The position numbers were made by a program, and so were the translations under genes. A DNA stretch of 64,000 nt from a virus: the IMG/VR virus record IMGVR_UViG_3300025133_000029, positions 32,001-96,000 of that record; one strand, 5' to 3'. The stretch's first letter is position 1. Each line of letters starts with the position of its first letter. This document shows positions 20,393 to 30,035 of the stretch, piece by piece. The notes under the pieces were generated by a model. The model saw only the letters and a list, made by a program, of their open reading frames with translations. It searched no databases and was not told the origin of the DNA.

Positions 20393-21082
20393 ATGTCCAC
20401 GATCCCCAAGAGGAAGAAAGACAAGAGTGCTTCTGGTCAGCCCGACGTAGAATATCGAAGAGATGGCCACGGGAACATAGTGGGGCAAATCCACGTCCCT
20501 GCCGCCACTCCAGTAGAGGATGGTGTGTTAGTGGTGGATGATGTGGAGGAGCGAAAGAGGGAGGAGACTGAAGAGAGGCTTCGCCCTATGGACGTGGCTC
20601 CATTGGGGGGAGCAGAATTGATGTTAGCGCTGCTTCTCTTTCAACAAATCACAGTAAAGCAGATGGAGGTTGTGATTCAGGAGAAGCCCGATTCCATTGG
20701 AGCTATTAGTGGGACGTTGGAATTTGTTGTGGATGACGAGGAGATATTAGCAGGTCTTGTGACTTTGGCAGACAGTCGTCAACAGAGTTTCACTGAGATG
20801 TTTTCTTTGATGTCTTCGGAAGATTTTCAAAAACTTCTTCGGGGATTGTCGAGTATTACTGCGGCGTGGTCGGCGAGAATAAATCATCTGACGGAACAGA
20901 ATCAACAGCTATTTGCGATGTTGGAGATGGCGAAGGCAGAGGTGGAGCGTCAAGACGGTATGGAGAGAACAGAAGCGGGTATTCTGGTTCCGGCAGGTCT
21001 GCATCAGCGTGTCGAATCTGAGTCTGAGGATGGAGAGAATGGTAAAAAAGAGGGTGTTACGAGCGATCTCATAATTGCATAA
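20393..21082 (+). CDS. hypothetical protein
   Basis: AAGGAG RBS; divergent from the previous gene. Confidence 0.7.
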   Translation: MSTIPKRKKDKSASGQPDVEYRRDGHGNIVGQIHVPAATPVEDGVLVVDDVEERKREETEERLRPMDVAPLGGAELMLALLLFQQITVKQMEVVIQEKPDSIGAISGTLEFVVDDEEILAGLVTLADSRQQSFTEMFSLMSSEDFQKLLRGLSSITAAWSARINHLTEQNQQLFAMLEMAKAEVERQDGMERTEAGILVPAGLHQRVESESEDGENGKKEGVTSDLIIA

Positions 21083-21104
21083 ATAGAGATAGAGGTTATT
21101 CATT

Positions 21105-21689
21105 ATGGTTAGCGACGTTATGTTTTCTTCTAAGAATGATAATTGGGCCACTCCCGATGATTTCTATGAGAAAGTGGATAGTATATTCTCTTTCTCTTTA
21201 GATGTTTGTGCATCTACTAGTAACGCAAAATGTTCGGTTTTTTACACCGAAAGCGACGATGGCCTCACGAAGCCATGGTTCGGCACATGCTGGATGAATC
21301 CTCCCTATTCTGATGTGATGTCTTGGATAGCAAAGGCACAGCAGGTGGGGCAACGTGATGGTGATACCGTTGTTTGCTTGGTCCCATCGAGAACAGAGAC
21401 ACGCTGGTGGCAGCTTTTTGTGAAGCATGCACAGTGTGTTGTTCATATTCGTGGTCGTCTGCAATTTAGGAGCGACGATGATGACGCCAACAGCAATCAC
21501 TCTGCTCCATTTCCTTCGAGCTTGGTTATTTTTCGAAAGAATCCTCTAACGGAAGATGAACTCGAGTCCTTGTCGGAACTGGGGCATGTTGTGATAACGT
21601 ATCATCCATCTTCCGTCTTGGTGGTTGAGGGTAAGAAAAAAACTCAATCTGACTTAGATTGGGAAAAAACATTTATGCAATGGCCATAA
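21105..21689 (+). CDS. phage N6-adenine DNA methyltransferase (phage Dam family)
   Basis: WATP...LDVCAS..NAKC...WMNPPYS...LVPSRTET.WW...GRLQF. Confidence 0.9.
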   Translation: MVSDVMFSSKNDNWATPDDFYEKVDSIFSFSLDVCASTSNAKCSVFYTESDDGLTKPWFGTCWMNPPYSDVMSWIAKAQQVGQRDGDTVVCLVPSRTETRWWQLFVKHAQCVVHIRGRLQFRSDDDDANSNHSAPFPSSLVIFRKNPLTEDELESLSELGHVVITYHPSSVLVVEGKKKTQSDLDWEKTFMQWP

Positions 21690-21708
21690 TTTCGCATGGA
21701 GTCTAATA

Positions 21709-22308
21709 ATGAAGTCTAGCTTAGAGATTGATTGGTCTTGGTTTAAAAAGATAAAAGAAAAGGAGGGGGCATCTTTCTCTTTGGGACTTCTGGGTAGGCC
21801 ATACGAAATTAGCAATGAGCGTCGTCTCTTTGGTGCTGCGTCTCGTTACTGGGCTGTTCAGATAGAGTGGGGAATTCCTTCGGAACAGTTATTCACAACA
21901 GAAGACATCCAACCTCGCTGGGATGATAATAAAATTGCTGAGGAAGAGACAGTTCTTCTTTTAACTGAGAGAGAATTTGGGAATGTCATCACGAGGGGGC
22001 TAAGAAACAGAGAGGATTTCGAATCGTATATTGGGGGAGTAGAAGATACTAATGAATTGCTAGGCAAGGCGGTTTTTAAAAACAATGAGGACCCCCGACC
22101 AGCAGCCCTGAAGCATTATTGGTATGTGCTTATTGAGTTTCCTTATGCATGTTTTGTGCAAGATAGTTTTCAATTTGCAGCGGGGAATGAAACACTTTTG
22201 CTTTTAACTCCACATGAGATGGAAGGAGCTTTGTATCGATCCGCGAGGAATCCTGAAGATATAATTTCGTTCTTACGGGAACATTCTTCTGAGGATTTGG
22301 TTGACTAG
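21709..22308 (+). CDS. hypothetical protein with an internally duplicated domain
   Basis: YWAVQIE...ETVLLLTERE...RNRED repeated as YWYVLIE...ETLLLLTPHE...RNPED. Confidence 0.65.
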   Translation: MKSSLEIDWSWFKKIKEKEGASFSLGLLGRPYEISNERRLFGAASRYWAVQIEWGIPSEQLFTTEDIQPRWDDNKIAEEETVLLLTEREFGNVITRGLRNREDFESYIGGVEDTNELLGKAVFKNNEDPRPAALKHYWYVLIEFPYACFVQDSFQFAAGNETLLLLTPHEMEGALYRSARNPEDIISFLREHSSEDLVD

Positions 22309-22309
22309 A

Positions 22310-22330
22310 AATCTTTAGACTCTAAAGATT
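22310..22330. repeat. dispersed palindrome copy 7
   Basis: AATCTTTAGA-C-TCTAAAGATT. Confidence 0.95.
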
Positions 22331-22333
22331 TTC

Positions 22334-23269
22334 TTGAGGAGGTATTTTATCTTGTCAGATAACAGAGGCGGTGAATTCTTAACTTCAGAATCTTTTGAAG
22401 TGGATCAGTTGATTTTTGAAGGGGGTTTTGCTTATAAGGAGAGGGATGAAATAAAAAGCTCATTCTTGCCACATACAATGGATGGGATTTTAGATGGAAA
22501 AGAGACTCTCAGCGTTGAGGTCCAAGACGCATTAAGCAGAACATCGGCTAAGTCATCTTTTCTAGAAGCTCGAAAACGAGTAATGAAAACTCTTGGAGTG
22601 GAGGAGTCTGCGGGGGTTGTTCTCATGACAGACAGCTTGAGGGAGATTGGTGCAAAGCATCCACGTAAAAAAGAAAGCTCAATAAGAAGATCAGATTTAT
22701 TTAAACCAAGCAGTATAGAATATAGCCGATGTGGTTCGTGTTGTGAGTCGTTTACTCTTTCATTGTCTCATAAAAGTCATGCAATGGTGTTAGAGGCATT
22801 AAGTAATGGAACTTCTCCAATTAGAATAGAAGTTAGCAACGATGATGGAACTTATGGACCAGAAACAAGAGAAGTCTCTTTTTTTGAAGATCTTTTAAAT
22901 TGGTTTCAAAATATTGTGCCTATCCCATTAGAGGAGGCATGGTCGAGAATGTTGGTATCACCAGGACATTACGAGGCTTCTGGCATTAATGCTTATCGAT
23001 GCCAGCTTTTTGTTAGAGATGAAGAGACTGGTCTAGGGGAATGCACCATACATGAAGAACGTCCTCGTGTTTGTCGCGAATTCCGCCCATATTCTGATGG
23101 TGGTTATTTGAGATCTAGAGGAGGAAATCCATACGTAGAGTGCAGTTATAGGATACATCACAATGAAGAACAGTCGGAGGTGTATAGACATTTATTAAAT
23201 AGATTTGTGGAAACGGACTTAACAACAAACCCATACGATGTGCTAGATGGAGAGGGTGTAGAAGAATGA
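22334..23269 (+). CDS. YkgJ-like cysteine-cluster (Zn/Fe-S chelating) protein
   Basis: RCGSCC ... C ... CTIHEERPRVCREF. Confidence 0.7.
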   Translation: MRRYFILSDNRGGEFLTSESFEVDQLIFEGGFAYKERDEIKSSFLPHTMDGILDGKETLSVEVQDALSRTSAKSSFLEARKRVMKTLGVEESAGVVLMTDSLREIGAKHPRKKESSIRRSDLFKPSSIEYSRCGSCCESFTLSLSHKSHAMVLEALSNGTSPIRIEVSNDDGTYGPETREVSFFEDLLNWFQNIVPIPLEEAWSRMLVSPGHYEASGINAYRCQLFVRDEETGLGECTIHEERPRVCREFRPYSDGGYLRSRGGNPYVECSYRIHHNEEQSEVYRHLLNRFVETDLTTNPYDVLDGEGVEE

Positions 23270-23712
23270 GTGATAAAGAAAATAAAGAAGTGGAAACGTT
23301 TGAAACAACATCGGACAATCGTGAGGAGGAGTTGGATGAGATCCAATCGATTCTTTCGAAAGTTTCAGAAAGTAGGTCAGAGCTTCCAGATAATGAGATA
23401 GAAGATCGGTGGAGTGCAGCTCAAGAATTAGTTTTTGTTGTTGCCGAAGCTCTTACCAGTGAAGAAGAGGATGTTAGAGGGGCAGCTTTTCAATCTCTGA
23501 TGGCAATGGGTGATGTTGCTTTATCTATTCTTCCGAATCTTAGAGATATTATGCAGAGTCCCAATTTCGGAGATTTGACAAAGAAAAATAGAATACAGCT
23601 TTTAGCTTTGGCGGGTCATTTGATACGATTGCAAAAGAGGGCGATGGAACAGTTTGGTGGTTTCAATGCATCCAAAGGTTCTCCGCGGACATATGTAGGG
23701 GTTTCAAGCTAA
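23266..23712 (+). CDS. HEAT-repeat-like hypothetical protein
   Basis: EEEDVRGAAFQSLMAMG...LPNL; ATGA overlap. Confidence 0.5.
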   Translation: MSDKENKEVETFETTSDNREEELDEIQSILSKVSESRSELPDNEIEDRWSAAQELVFVVAEALTSEEEDVRGAAFQSLMAMGDVALSILPNLRDIMQSPNFGDLTKKNRIQLLALAGHLIRLQKRAMEQFGGFNASKGSPRTYVGVSS

Positions 23713-23726
23713 GGAGAATAGTTTTC

Positions 23727-24548
23727 ATGCCGCAACTTTTAAGTATACCCAACAAAGAGTTTTATCCGGATTCAGTAGACAAGTTCAAGTCTTTATTGCC
23801 GGATCCAGACACTTTGGATGATTATCAATATTGTGTCTATGAGTGGATGTGCAAGATGTTCGAAGAACAGCTTCGCCGTCGCGCCATTTATAGATGGGTT
23901 GCTGGTCATGAGGGTTGTTTGTGGACACATACTTATGAAGGTGCAAAAAAACCTTTCATGAAGGCACACCAAGGAAATCCTTCATGGACATTCTGTACAG
24001 GCGTTTCGCTCGAGTTGTTTTATTTATCTTGGAAAACATGGATGGGTGAATTCTATGGTTCTGAGATAGACATGCATCACGATTTCATATGGACTGTGAG
24101 GGGGCATTTTGAAAGATGGAAGTCTCCACCCCAGGAGCCATATTATCGTGGCGCAGGAGGGGGCTTTGAGGCCCTGCAGGGGCACTTAGAGGAGAGGTGG
24201 AAGAAGTATGGGGAGTCCGAAGGGGAAGATGTGGGCTCAATGGATTGGGTGAAGTTTTCGCACCACCAAGACTTAGACAGTGCTCGCTTCGGTTCGGTTG
24301 TTCAGTTCCGTCGCACTACAGGAAAAATGGGCAAGGGGCATGCGGCGGTTTTGATAGGTATGGAAGATCGCGGAAAGTACAGGGCTTTGCGTGTTTTTAA
24401 TTCTAACTACGATTATGCGTTAGATTATAATTTTGGAAAGGTTTCTCCCAATGGTGGCATTGGGGTGACGTGGTACCAAGAGAATAAGCCATATAGTGAT
24501 GGGACTTATAGAGCTTCTGAGTATGGGACATTGATCATCCCTGAATAG
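23727..24548 (+). CDS. putative papain-like (NlpC/P60/CHAP-like) Cys-His hydrolase, possible cell-wall amidase
   Basis: TFCTG candidate catalytic Cys; GSVVQF...GHAAVLIG candidate His; AAGGAG RBS. Confidence 0.45.
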   Translation: MPQLLSIPNKEFYPDSVDKFKSLLPDPDTLDDYQYCVYEWMCKMFEEQLRRRAIYRWVAGHEGCLWTHTYEGAKKPFMKAHQGNPSWTFCTGVSLELFYLSWKTWMGEFYGSEIDMHHDFIWTVRGHFERWKSPPQEPYYRGAGGGFEALQGHLEERWKKYGESEGEDVGSMDWVKFSHHQDLDSARFGSVVQFRRTTGKMGKGHAAVLIGMEDRGKYRALRVFNSNYDYALDYNFGKVSPNGGIGVTWYQENKPYSDGTYRASEYGTLIIPE

Positions 24549-24629
24549 TTCCTTTTTTTTGACATATTTTTGTTTATATCCTTTTTAGTTTGGAGTGTTT
24601 TTTTACTCCACAAAAAGAGGAACATTTAT

Positions 24630-25370
24630 ATGTTTAGATCTGGAGACTTCCCTGGAAAGTTGTTTGTTTTTGAGGGTCCTGATGGGGTTGGTAAAACATC
24701 TTTGTCGAAATATGCGCATGCGAAACTACTTGATTTACATGATAATGGTGGGTGGTTCCCAGGAGCGACTCGAATTCTTTGGATGCGCCAACCCACGACA
24801 CGTTGGCGTGAGAAAATAAAGGAAGCGGATCCAAAGAACTGGCTCCAGGTTCTCTATATGTTTATGCGAGATAGGGAGAGGCAGTGGGAGGAGGAGCTTC
24901 GACCTGCGCTGGAAGATCGATGCATTGTTGTGATGGATCGGTATTTTTTGTCGAGCCTTGTTTACCAGGGGCTTTGTTTTTCTGCGATGTTTCGTGGGGA
25001 GCTAGAACATGCAGACAAGTTGAGGTATCAAAGAAATGTCTATGACATAATAAGAGGTCATAGCGATTTCGTTGTTCATCCTTATATGACTTTTGTTGTA
25101 GATGAGGATGATTTGATTATTCATGAGCGGCTTCAGGCTTCTCGTGGGGATACTATTGACGTTTTTGACGAAAACTCTATACAGACTCGAGTTAGAGAAA
25201 TTTATCGATATTTGTTGAGTTGGGACATAGATGATTGCTTAGAGGTGGGTCTTCCGACAATGACGACTATACACGGTCGAGGCAGATCAATAGAATCGAT
25301 ATTTGAAGATGATTTGCGAGGGATGTTGATAAGGGCCTTGGGGTATACTAAATTGGCTTCCCCTATTTAA
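24630..25370 (+). CDS. tmk: thymidylate kinase
   Basis: VFEGPDGVGKT P-loop, RQP, VVMDRYFLSSLVYQG. Confidence 0.9.
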   Translation: MFRSGDFPGKLFVFEGPDGVGKTSLSKYAHAKLLDLHDNGGWFPGATRILWMRQPTTRWREKIKEADPKNWLQVLYMFMRDRERQWEEELRPALEDRCIVVMDRYFLSSLVYQGLCFSAMFRGELEHADKLRYQRNVYDIIRGHSDFVVHPYMTFVVDEDDLIIHERLQASRGDTIDVFDENSIQTRVREIYRYLLSWDIDDCLEVGLPTMTTIHGRGRSIESIFEDDLRGMLIRALGYTKLASPI

Positions 25371-25387
25371 AAAGAGATGTAATTGTT

Positions 25388-26740
25388 ATGGTAAATGCAG
25401 ATAATCTAAAAACTTGTGTGGCAATATTTAAAGATGCAGTTTGTTGTGCCATTGGTGGGGACAATAGACCTCTTTCTATCATGCTATTGGCTTCGGCGTG
25501 TAAGTCGAGAGATATAGAAGAGGAAATAGCGGCTTCTGTTTTTTATCATCTTGCAGAGAACAATGGTTTTAGCTCAACTCCCTATTTTTCATACGATGGC
25601 AAAATGGCAAAACTTTTGGAAATACCTGAGAATGTAAGGCACGGAAGGACGCTGAGGAACTTACAAAAGTCTTGGATTGATTATTTTGAAGTTTTTTCAT
25701 TAGAGGATATGGAGATGTCATGGGAACAGGTGGGTGAAGATTGGGCAAGGCTTGTGACAGATAAATCTCTACATTTCTTACTGGAAAAGGTTTTTGATAG
25801 GGAGGTATTGAGGCTAGAGAAGGTTCTGAAAATTTATGACGATTCGATTGGGGGGAAGGCAAAGAAGGTTAATCAAAGTGATTTGGCAAAGTCGTGTGTG
25901 GAGTTAGGGGATCTTGTTTTTGCGTATCCGTGGGCGACTCATTTGATGATACAGAACTCTGGTGATGGAGGGGAGCCATGGATACATTTACATATTAATT
26001 CTGGCCTGGATGCTATTCCCTTCATGCGGGAATACTTTCTTCCAGGTTTTGAAGAAGCTTCAAGGGAAGGCGCACACCTACGTTGGCAGGGGACACCTGT
26101 TATAGTCTTTTGGCACCAAGCTTTTGAGAATAAAGAAATTATTGCGAAGACTTGCGGACCAAAATATCGACCAGATGTCGATGATATAAATGCTCCATCT
26201 ATGGATTCTTTGATTTTATGGATGTTGTTGACAAAAAAAATAAAGGACTTGAGGAGAGATGTAGATTTTACAGATAGGATATCGAGGACAAAAGATGAAA
26301 GATTGTTCTCATTAGACTTGGATGACAATTCGGATAGTTCTGTTTTGTTTTTTGCGCCAAATGAACAGATCTCGATGCTTTTTTGTTTTTCTGTGGGCTT
26401 ATTTGAGGTTTTGCATGGAAGAGACGATATGGTTTCTAGAGAGGATGAATACTACGTTTATTTTGTTCTTCGAAGTGTGGGTAACTTCCAATTTATGATT
26501 TATGATCATGAAATAAAATTGAGTCCAAAGGATTCAGTGGATCCGGGGATGTTTGCAGCGGGGGGTGTGGGAGACTATGAGCTTGCAGTGTTTTTCACAC
26601 GAACAAAAATTATAAAAGACGGTGGTAGTCTTGAGCTTAAGGATATTCTCAATGCGGGTAGTAACGATATGTATTGGGGTGAAATCTTTCGTTACAAAGT
26701 TGAGGGTGTAAATCCATTTTTGTTAAGGAAGTCAGTGTAG
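25388..26740 (+). CDS. hypothetical protein
   Basis: 450-aa ORF. Confidence 0.7.
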   Translation: MVNADNLKTCVAIFKDAVCCAIGGDNRPLSIMLLASACKSRDIEEEIAASVFYHLAENNGFSSTPYFSYDGKMAKLLEIPENVRHGRTLRNLQKSWIDYFEVFSLEDMEMSWEQVGEDWARLVTDKSLHFLLEKVFDREVLRLEKVLKIYDDSIGGKAKKVNQSDLAKSCVELGDLVFAYPWATHLMIQNSGDGGEPWIHLHINSGLDAIPFMREYFLPGFEEASREGAHLRWQGTPVIVFWHQAFENKEIIAKTCGPKYRPDVDDINAPSMDSLILWMLLTKKIKDLRRDVDFTDRISRTKDERLFSLDLDDNSDSSVLFFAPNEQISMLFCFSVGLFEVLHGRDDMVSREDEYYVYFVLRSVGNFQFMIYDHEIKLSPKDSVDPGMFAAGGVGDYELAVFFTRTKIIKDGGSLELKDILNAGSNDMYWGEIFRYKVEGVNPFLLRKSV

Positions 26741-26811
26741 CGAACTGGTTTTTTTTATGACATCTTGGATATAACTAGATTGGACAATTAATCATTGTAG
26801 GAAATCTAGAT

Positions 26812-27660
26812 ATGTCTGAAACAAAAAATATCCTATCTCCACCTATGGATGATGCGGAAATCGCATCTCTTTCTCATGTTGAAGTGGAGGATACAATTCA
26901 ATTGCCAAAAACCCACGAGGGTTGGCTTAAGCGGTTTTTAGCTTATTTGAACATATTTGGATTCCTTAGAGTTTTCTTTGGTCAAACTCGAGATTCTACA
27001 AATCGACCCAATAATATTCTCATGTTGTTTTATGCAGCATGTCTTATACATGCGTCTGTTTTGGTTGGATCTGTGTACTTTAAGGGGGCAAGATATCATT
27101 TGGTCTTAGATTGTCCACCGGGGACAAAGCAAAACTACATAGGCAAGAAGATTTTAAAGAAATCTTTAGAGTCTAAAGAAAAGTCTTCCAAAAAGGGGTT
27201 GCGGGGAAAGATAAAAAGGGGGGCTAAGAGTTTAGCTAAGAGAATAAAAAATAGGTTGTCGAGGAAGAGGGTTCGTCGAACTTTTAATAATCCATCACCC
27301 ACCGCAGTTTCAAAAAAAGAAAAAATCATATGCGGTGGTTTAAAGATTACAATACATTTGACTTTGCAGCCGTCGCCTTCTTTGCCTGGGGCGGTGTACT
27401 GGACGTGTTTTTGGGCATTAGTTTTTATAGGAATGTTGTATATGGGAAGGCATCAGCAGACTCGGGATTGGTCTGTTGATCTAATGTATGCGTGGAAGGG
27501 AGGAAGTAGAAGAGATGGTTTGGATTCGAGAACTGCATCTATTTCTGTTTCTGGAGAAGGAGTGAGTTTTGATACAGGAGATGCAGGGGGTACAGTGACT
27601 GCCCCTCCAAGTGTAGATCCTCGGGGAACTATGGGAGATAAGAAAGGACATAGTCACTGA
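26812..27660 (+). CDS. membrane protein with a basic loop
   Basis: Two to three hydrophobic segments flanking a K/R-rich region. Confidence 0.6.
   Translation: MSETKNILSPPMDDAEIASLSHVEVEDTIQLPKTHEGWLKRFLAYLNIFGFLRVFFGQTRDSTNRPNNILMLFYAACLIHASVLVGSVYFKGARYHLVLDCPPGTKQNYIGKKILKKSLESKEKSSKKGLRGKIKRGAKSLAKRIKNRLSRKRVRRTFNNPSPTAVSKKEKIICGGLKITIHLTLQPSPSLPGAVYWTCFWALVFIGMLYMGRHQQTRDWSVDLMYAWKGGSRRDGLDSRTASISVSGEGVSFDTGDAGGTVTAPPSVDPRGTMGDKKGHSH
27161..27181. repeat. dispersed palindrome copy 8 (in CDS, encodes SLESKE)
   Basis: AATCTTTAGA-G-TCTAAAGAAA. Confidence 0.9.
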
Positions 27661-27703
27661 TCGGTATAAATGTCGGGGGAGAATTGAAGATTTGGAGGTT
27701 TCT

Positions 27704-28564
27704 ATGACTATTGATCGCTATTCTTTTGTTGCAAGCTCGAGGAGAAGAAATAGAGAAGTTGAAGAGAAAGAAGTGGATTCGAGTTCTGAAGCACAACATC
27801 CTCTTTTTGGTGAAAGCAATTCGGAGTGTGTAGAGGACAGTGGGAGTATTGCGGAGTCTCGAGTGCAGGAGTTGCGGGTTAGGGAAATCTTCCCTTCTCT
27901 CAATTACTTTTTTAGTTTTTTCAAATCAATGCGAAGCAATAGGGAGTATCGTGTTCTTGTCCCAGTTGATTCTTTTTGTAACTGTATAAGGAATAAGAAC
28001 AGTGATGAGTTGTGGAATTCTCTTGTTTCGTTTGGTGGTGAGCGGGTTTTGTATGCTTCTGTAGTTAGCTCCCCTAAAGGTCTAAGATCTTTTTACTCAT
28101 GTTCTTATTTAGAGTGTGTTCTTGAGAAGCATATGGAATCGTTTATAGAAAATGAAACTGGAGAAGATTATCCTTCCCCAAATAATGATTTTCTTTCCAG
28201 AACCATTTCTGATGTTTTAGAAGTTTGGTCTTGCCATGGTTATAAGGGTTTCGTAAGGGAGGTTAGAAAGCATCTACGTGTTTGGAAGTACTTTTGTTTT
28301 CTATTTTCTCTTTGGGATAATATTGTAAAACAGGGACCATCTAATATTTCTGTACAATTAATGCAAAGTATTCGAGATGATATGTCGAGAGTTTTTTGCG
28401 ACAAGGCTAGTTCTCCATTATGGTCTCAGGAAATATGGAGAGATGAGTTTCGAGAGATGGGACAAGAAATTTTTGCTCGTATGGAATTAGAGTCTCCTGA
28501 TAAGGTTTCTGTTATCCGAAGAATGTCATCTTCCTGGGATCGTGTGATATCAAGATCGTCTTAA
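27704..28564 (+). CDS. hypothetical protein
   Basis: GGAGG RBS before MTIDR. Confidence 0.6.
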   Translation: MTIDRYSFVASSRRRNREVEEKEVDSSSEAQHPLFGESNSECVEDSGSIAESRVQELRVREIFPSLNYFFSFFKSMRSNREYRVLVPVDSFCNCIRNKNSDELWNSLVSFGGERVLYASVVSSPKGLRSFYSCSYLECVLEKHMESFIENETGEDYPSPNNDFLSRTISDVLEVWSCHGYKGFVREVRKHLRVWKYFCFLFSLWDNIVKQGPSNISVQLMQSIRDDMSRVFCDKASSPLWSQEIWRDEFREMGQEIFARMELESPDKVSVIRRMSSSWDRVISRSS

Positions 28565-28588
28565 TCTTTTGATGGGGTAGTTTTTTTT

Positions 28589-29332
28589 ATGATAGCAGTC
28601 GACGGAAGAGAAATAGTTTATCTGGGGATTCCATACTCGCATAAGGATGCGGAAGTGCGGCGAAAGAGGTTTGAGATCTCTTGTCTTGTTGCGAGTATTC
28701 TTATGAAGAATGATGTTGTTGTATATGCGCCAATTACTCATTGTTATCCTATCGCGGTAAAACAAGGTCTTCCTCATGGTTGGGACTTTTGGGAGAAGTT
28801 TGACACCGCATACCTGCGCTGCAGTAAAGCTTTATATGTTGTAACCATGGAAGGTTGGGAGAGTTCGAAAGGGCTAAACGCAGAGATTCAAATAGCAGAA
28901 AACCTGGGGATACCTGTTTTTTATTTGTCTTTGTATGAGAAGGTGAATATCAAAGTAGAAGAATATATGAATACAGGCGTGGAGGTTGCGGAGTTTGCTG
29001 AAACTCCAAAAGAGACAACTGTATTAGATCCGCCTAGACTTCCTTTCTTTTTAATGCCTCAGTATAGAGAAGCTGGGTGTTTGGATGTGGTTAATGTTTA
29101 CAACCGTGTGGATGGGGATCTGGAGATGGTATATCAATTCGCAGCACCACCAACAACACAGGTGGAATTTGAGGTTATTAATCATCGTACGTATGGGGTG
29201 TTGGTTAAATACAAGGATCAGATTATTTATGTTTCTTATAGGGATTGTTCTTCTTTGCGAGACATTGAAGAAGGTGGGATTTATGATGGATCTATGAATG
29301 AGGACTTTTTTGTTCGTATGGGAGAGAGGTAG
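28589..29332 (+). CDS. DUF1937-like (nucleoside deoxyribosyltransferase fold) protein with a C-terminal extension
   Basis: YLGIPYSH...YAPITHC...GWESSKGLNAEI..A..LGIPV. Confidence 0.7.
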   Translation: MIAVDGREIVYLGIPYSHKDAEVRRKRFEISCLVASILMKNDVVVYAPITHCYPIAVKQGLPHGWDFWEKFDTAYLRCSKALYVVTMEGWESSKGLNAEIQIAENLGIPVFYLSLYEKVNIKVEEYMNTGVEVAEFAETPKETTVLDPPRLPFFLMPQYREAGCLDVVNVYNRVDGDLEMVYQFAAPPTTQVEFEVINHRTYGVLVKYKDQIIYVSYRDCSSLRDIEEGGIYDGSMNEDFFVRMGER

Positions 29333-29353
29333 AATCTTTAGAGTCTAAAGATT
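29333..29353. repeat. dispersed palindrome copy 9
   Basis: AATCTTTAGA-G-TCTAAAGATT. Confidence 0.95.
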
Positions 29354-29385
29354 CTCAATGTGGTGACAATAGAGAGAGTGGTGAA

Positions 29386-29583
29386 ATGGATTATTCTTCA
29401 GTCGAACTTTTTGTAATTGAGCATCGAGATCGATCGGCACTTGTTCTTATTGAGGGTGAGGAGGTGGTGCTTCCATATTCTCAATGTGGGGGCTTGCATC
29501 GAATCGATACGGATAAAGAGGGTGTTGTGGAAGTGCCTGATTGGATATTGAGGGACAGAGGGCTTGAGGATTGCATTTCGTAG
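29386..29583 (+). CDS. small phage protein
   Basis: SALV..EGEEVVLPYSQ...VEVPDWI...RGL is a common small phage protein pattern. Confidence 0.55.
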   Translation: MDYSSVELFVIEHRDRSALVLIEGEEVVLPYSQCGGLHRIDTDKEGVVEVPDWILRDRGLEDCIS

Positions 29584-29586
29584 GAG

Positions 29587-29910
29587 ATGACGAAATTGAA
29601 AAAAGATGGTCAAAAAGAAAATAAACGAGTGGTTATAACGGTTGAACTCTGGGAGAGTGATGTGGAGTTTATGCGAAACTTTATGGATGAGGTTCGCAAT
29701 TTCACAGGTGGGATTGTTGAGGTCTTTGGTGTAAGGACAGATCTTTTGCTATCCCCGTTCTTTCGAAATACGTTATTAAGACAGGGCCAGTCTTTGGAGA
29801 AGATGATAGAAGTTGTGGGACTATCTAACGTTTATCGAGATAACCTTGGGGATCCTCTGTCAGTGTCTAATTCTTGCTCTTGTTGCAAATGTGAAAATAA
29901 AGACTCTTGA
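29587..29910 (+). CDS. hypothetical protein
   Basis: ORF in run. Confidence 0.5.
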   Translation: MTKLKKDGQKENKRVVITVELWESDVEFMRNFMDEVRNFTGGIVEVFGVRTDLLLSPFFRNTLLRQGQSLEKMIEVVGLSNVYRDNLGDPLSVSNSCSCCKCENKDS

Positions 29911-30035
29911 ATAAATATTGAACCTTTCTTATATTTTTCTTGTATAGTTCTTATAGCTCATTGGTGATGAGTTGTATCTTTTTATAAGTCGAGGTGTTAC
30001 TTGATATAGATATTTTAAGGGACCGGGGAGAGAAT

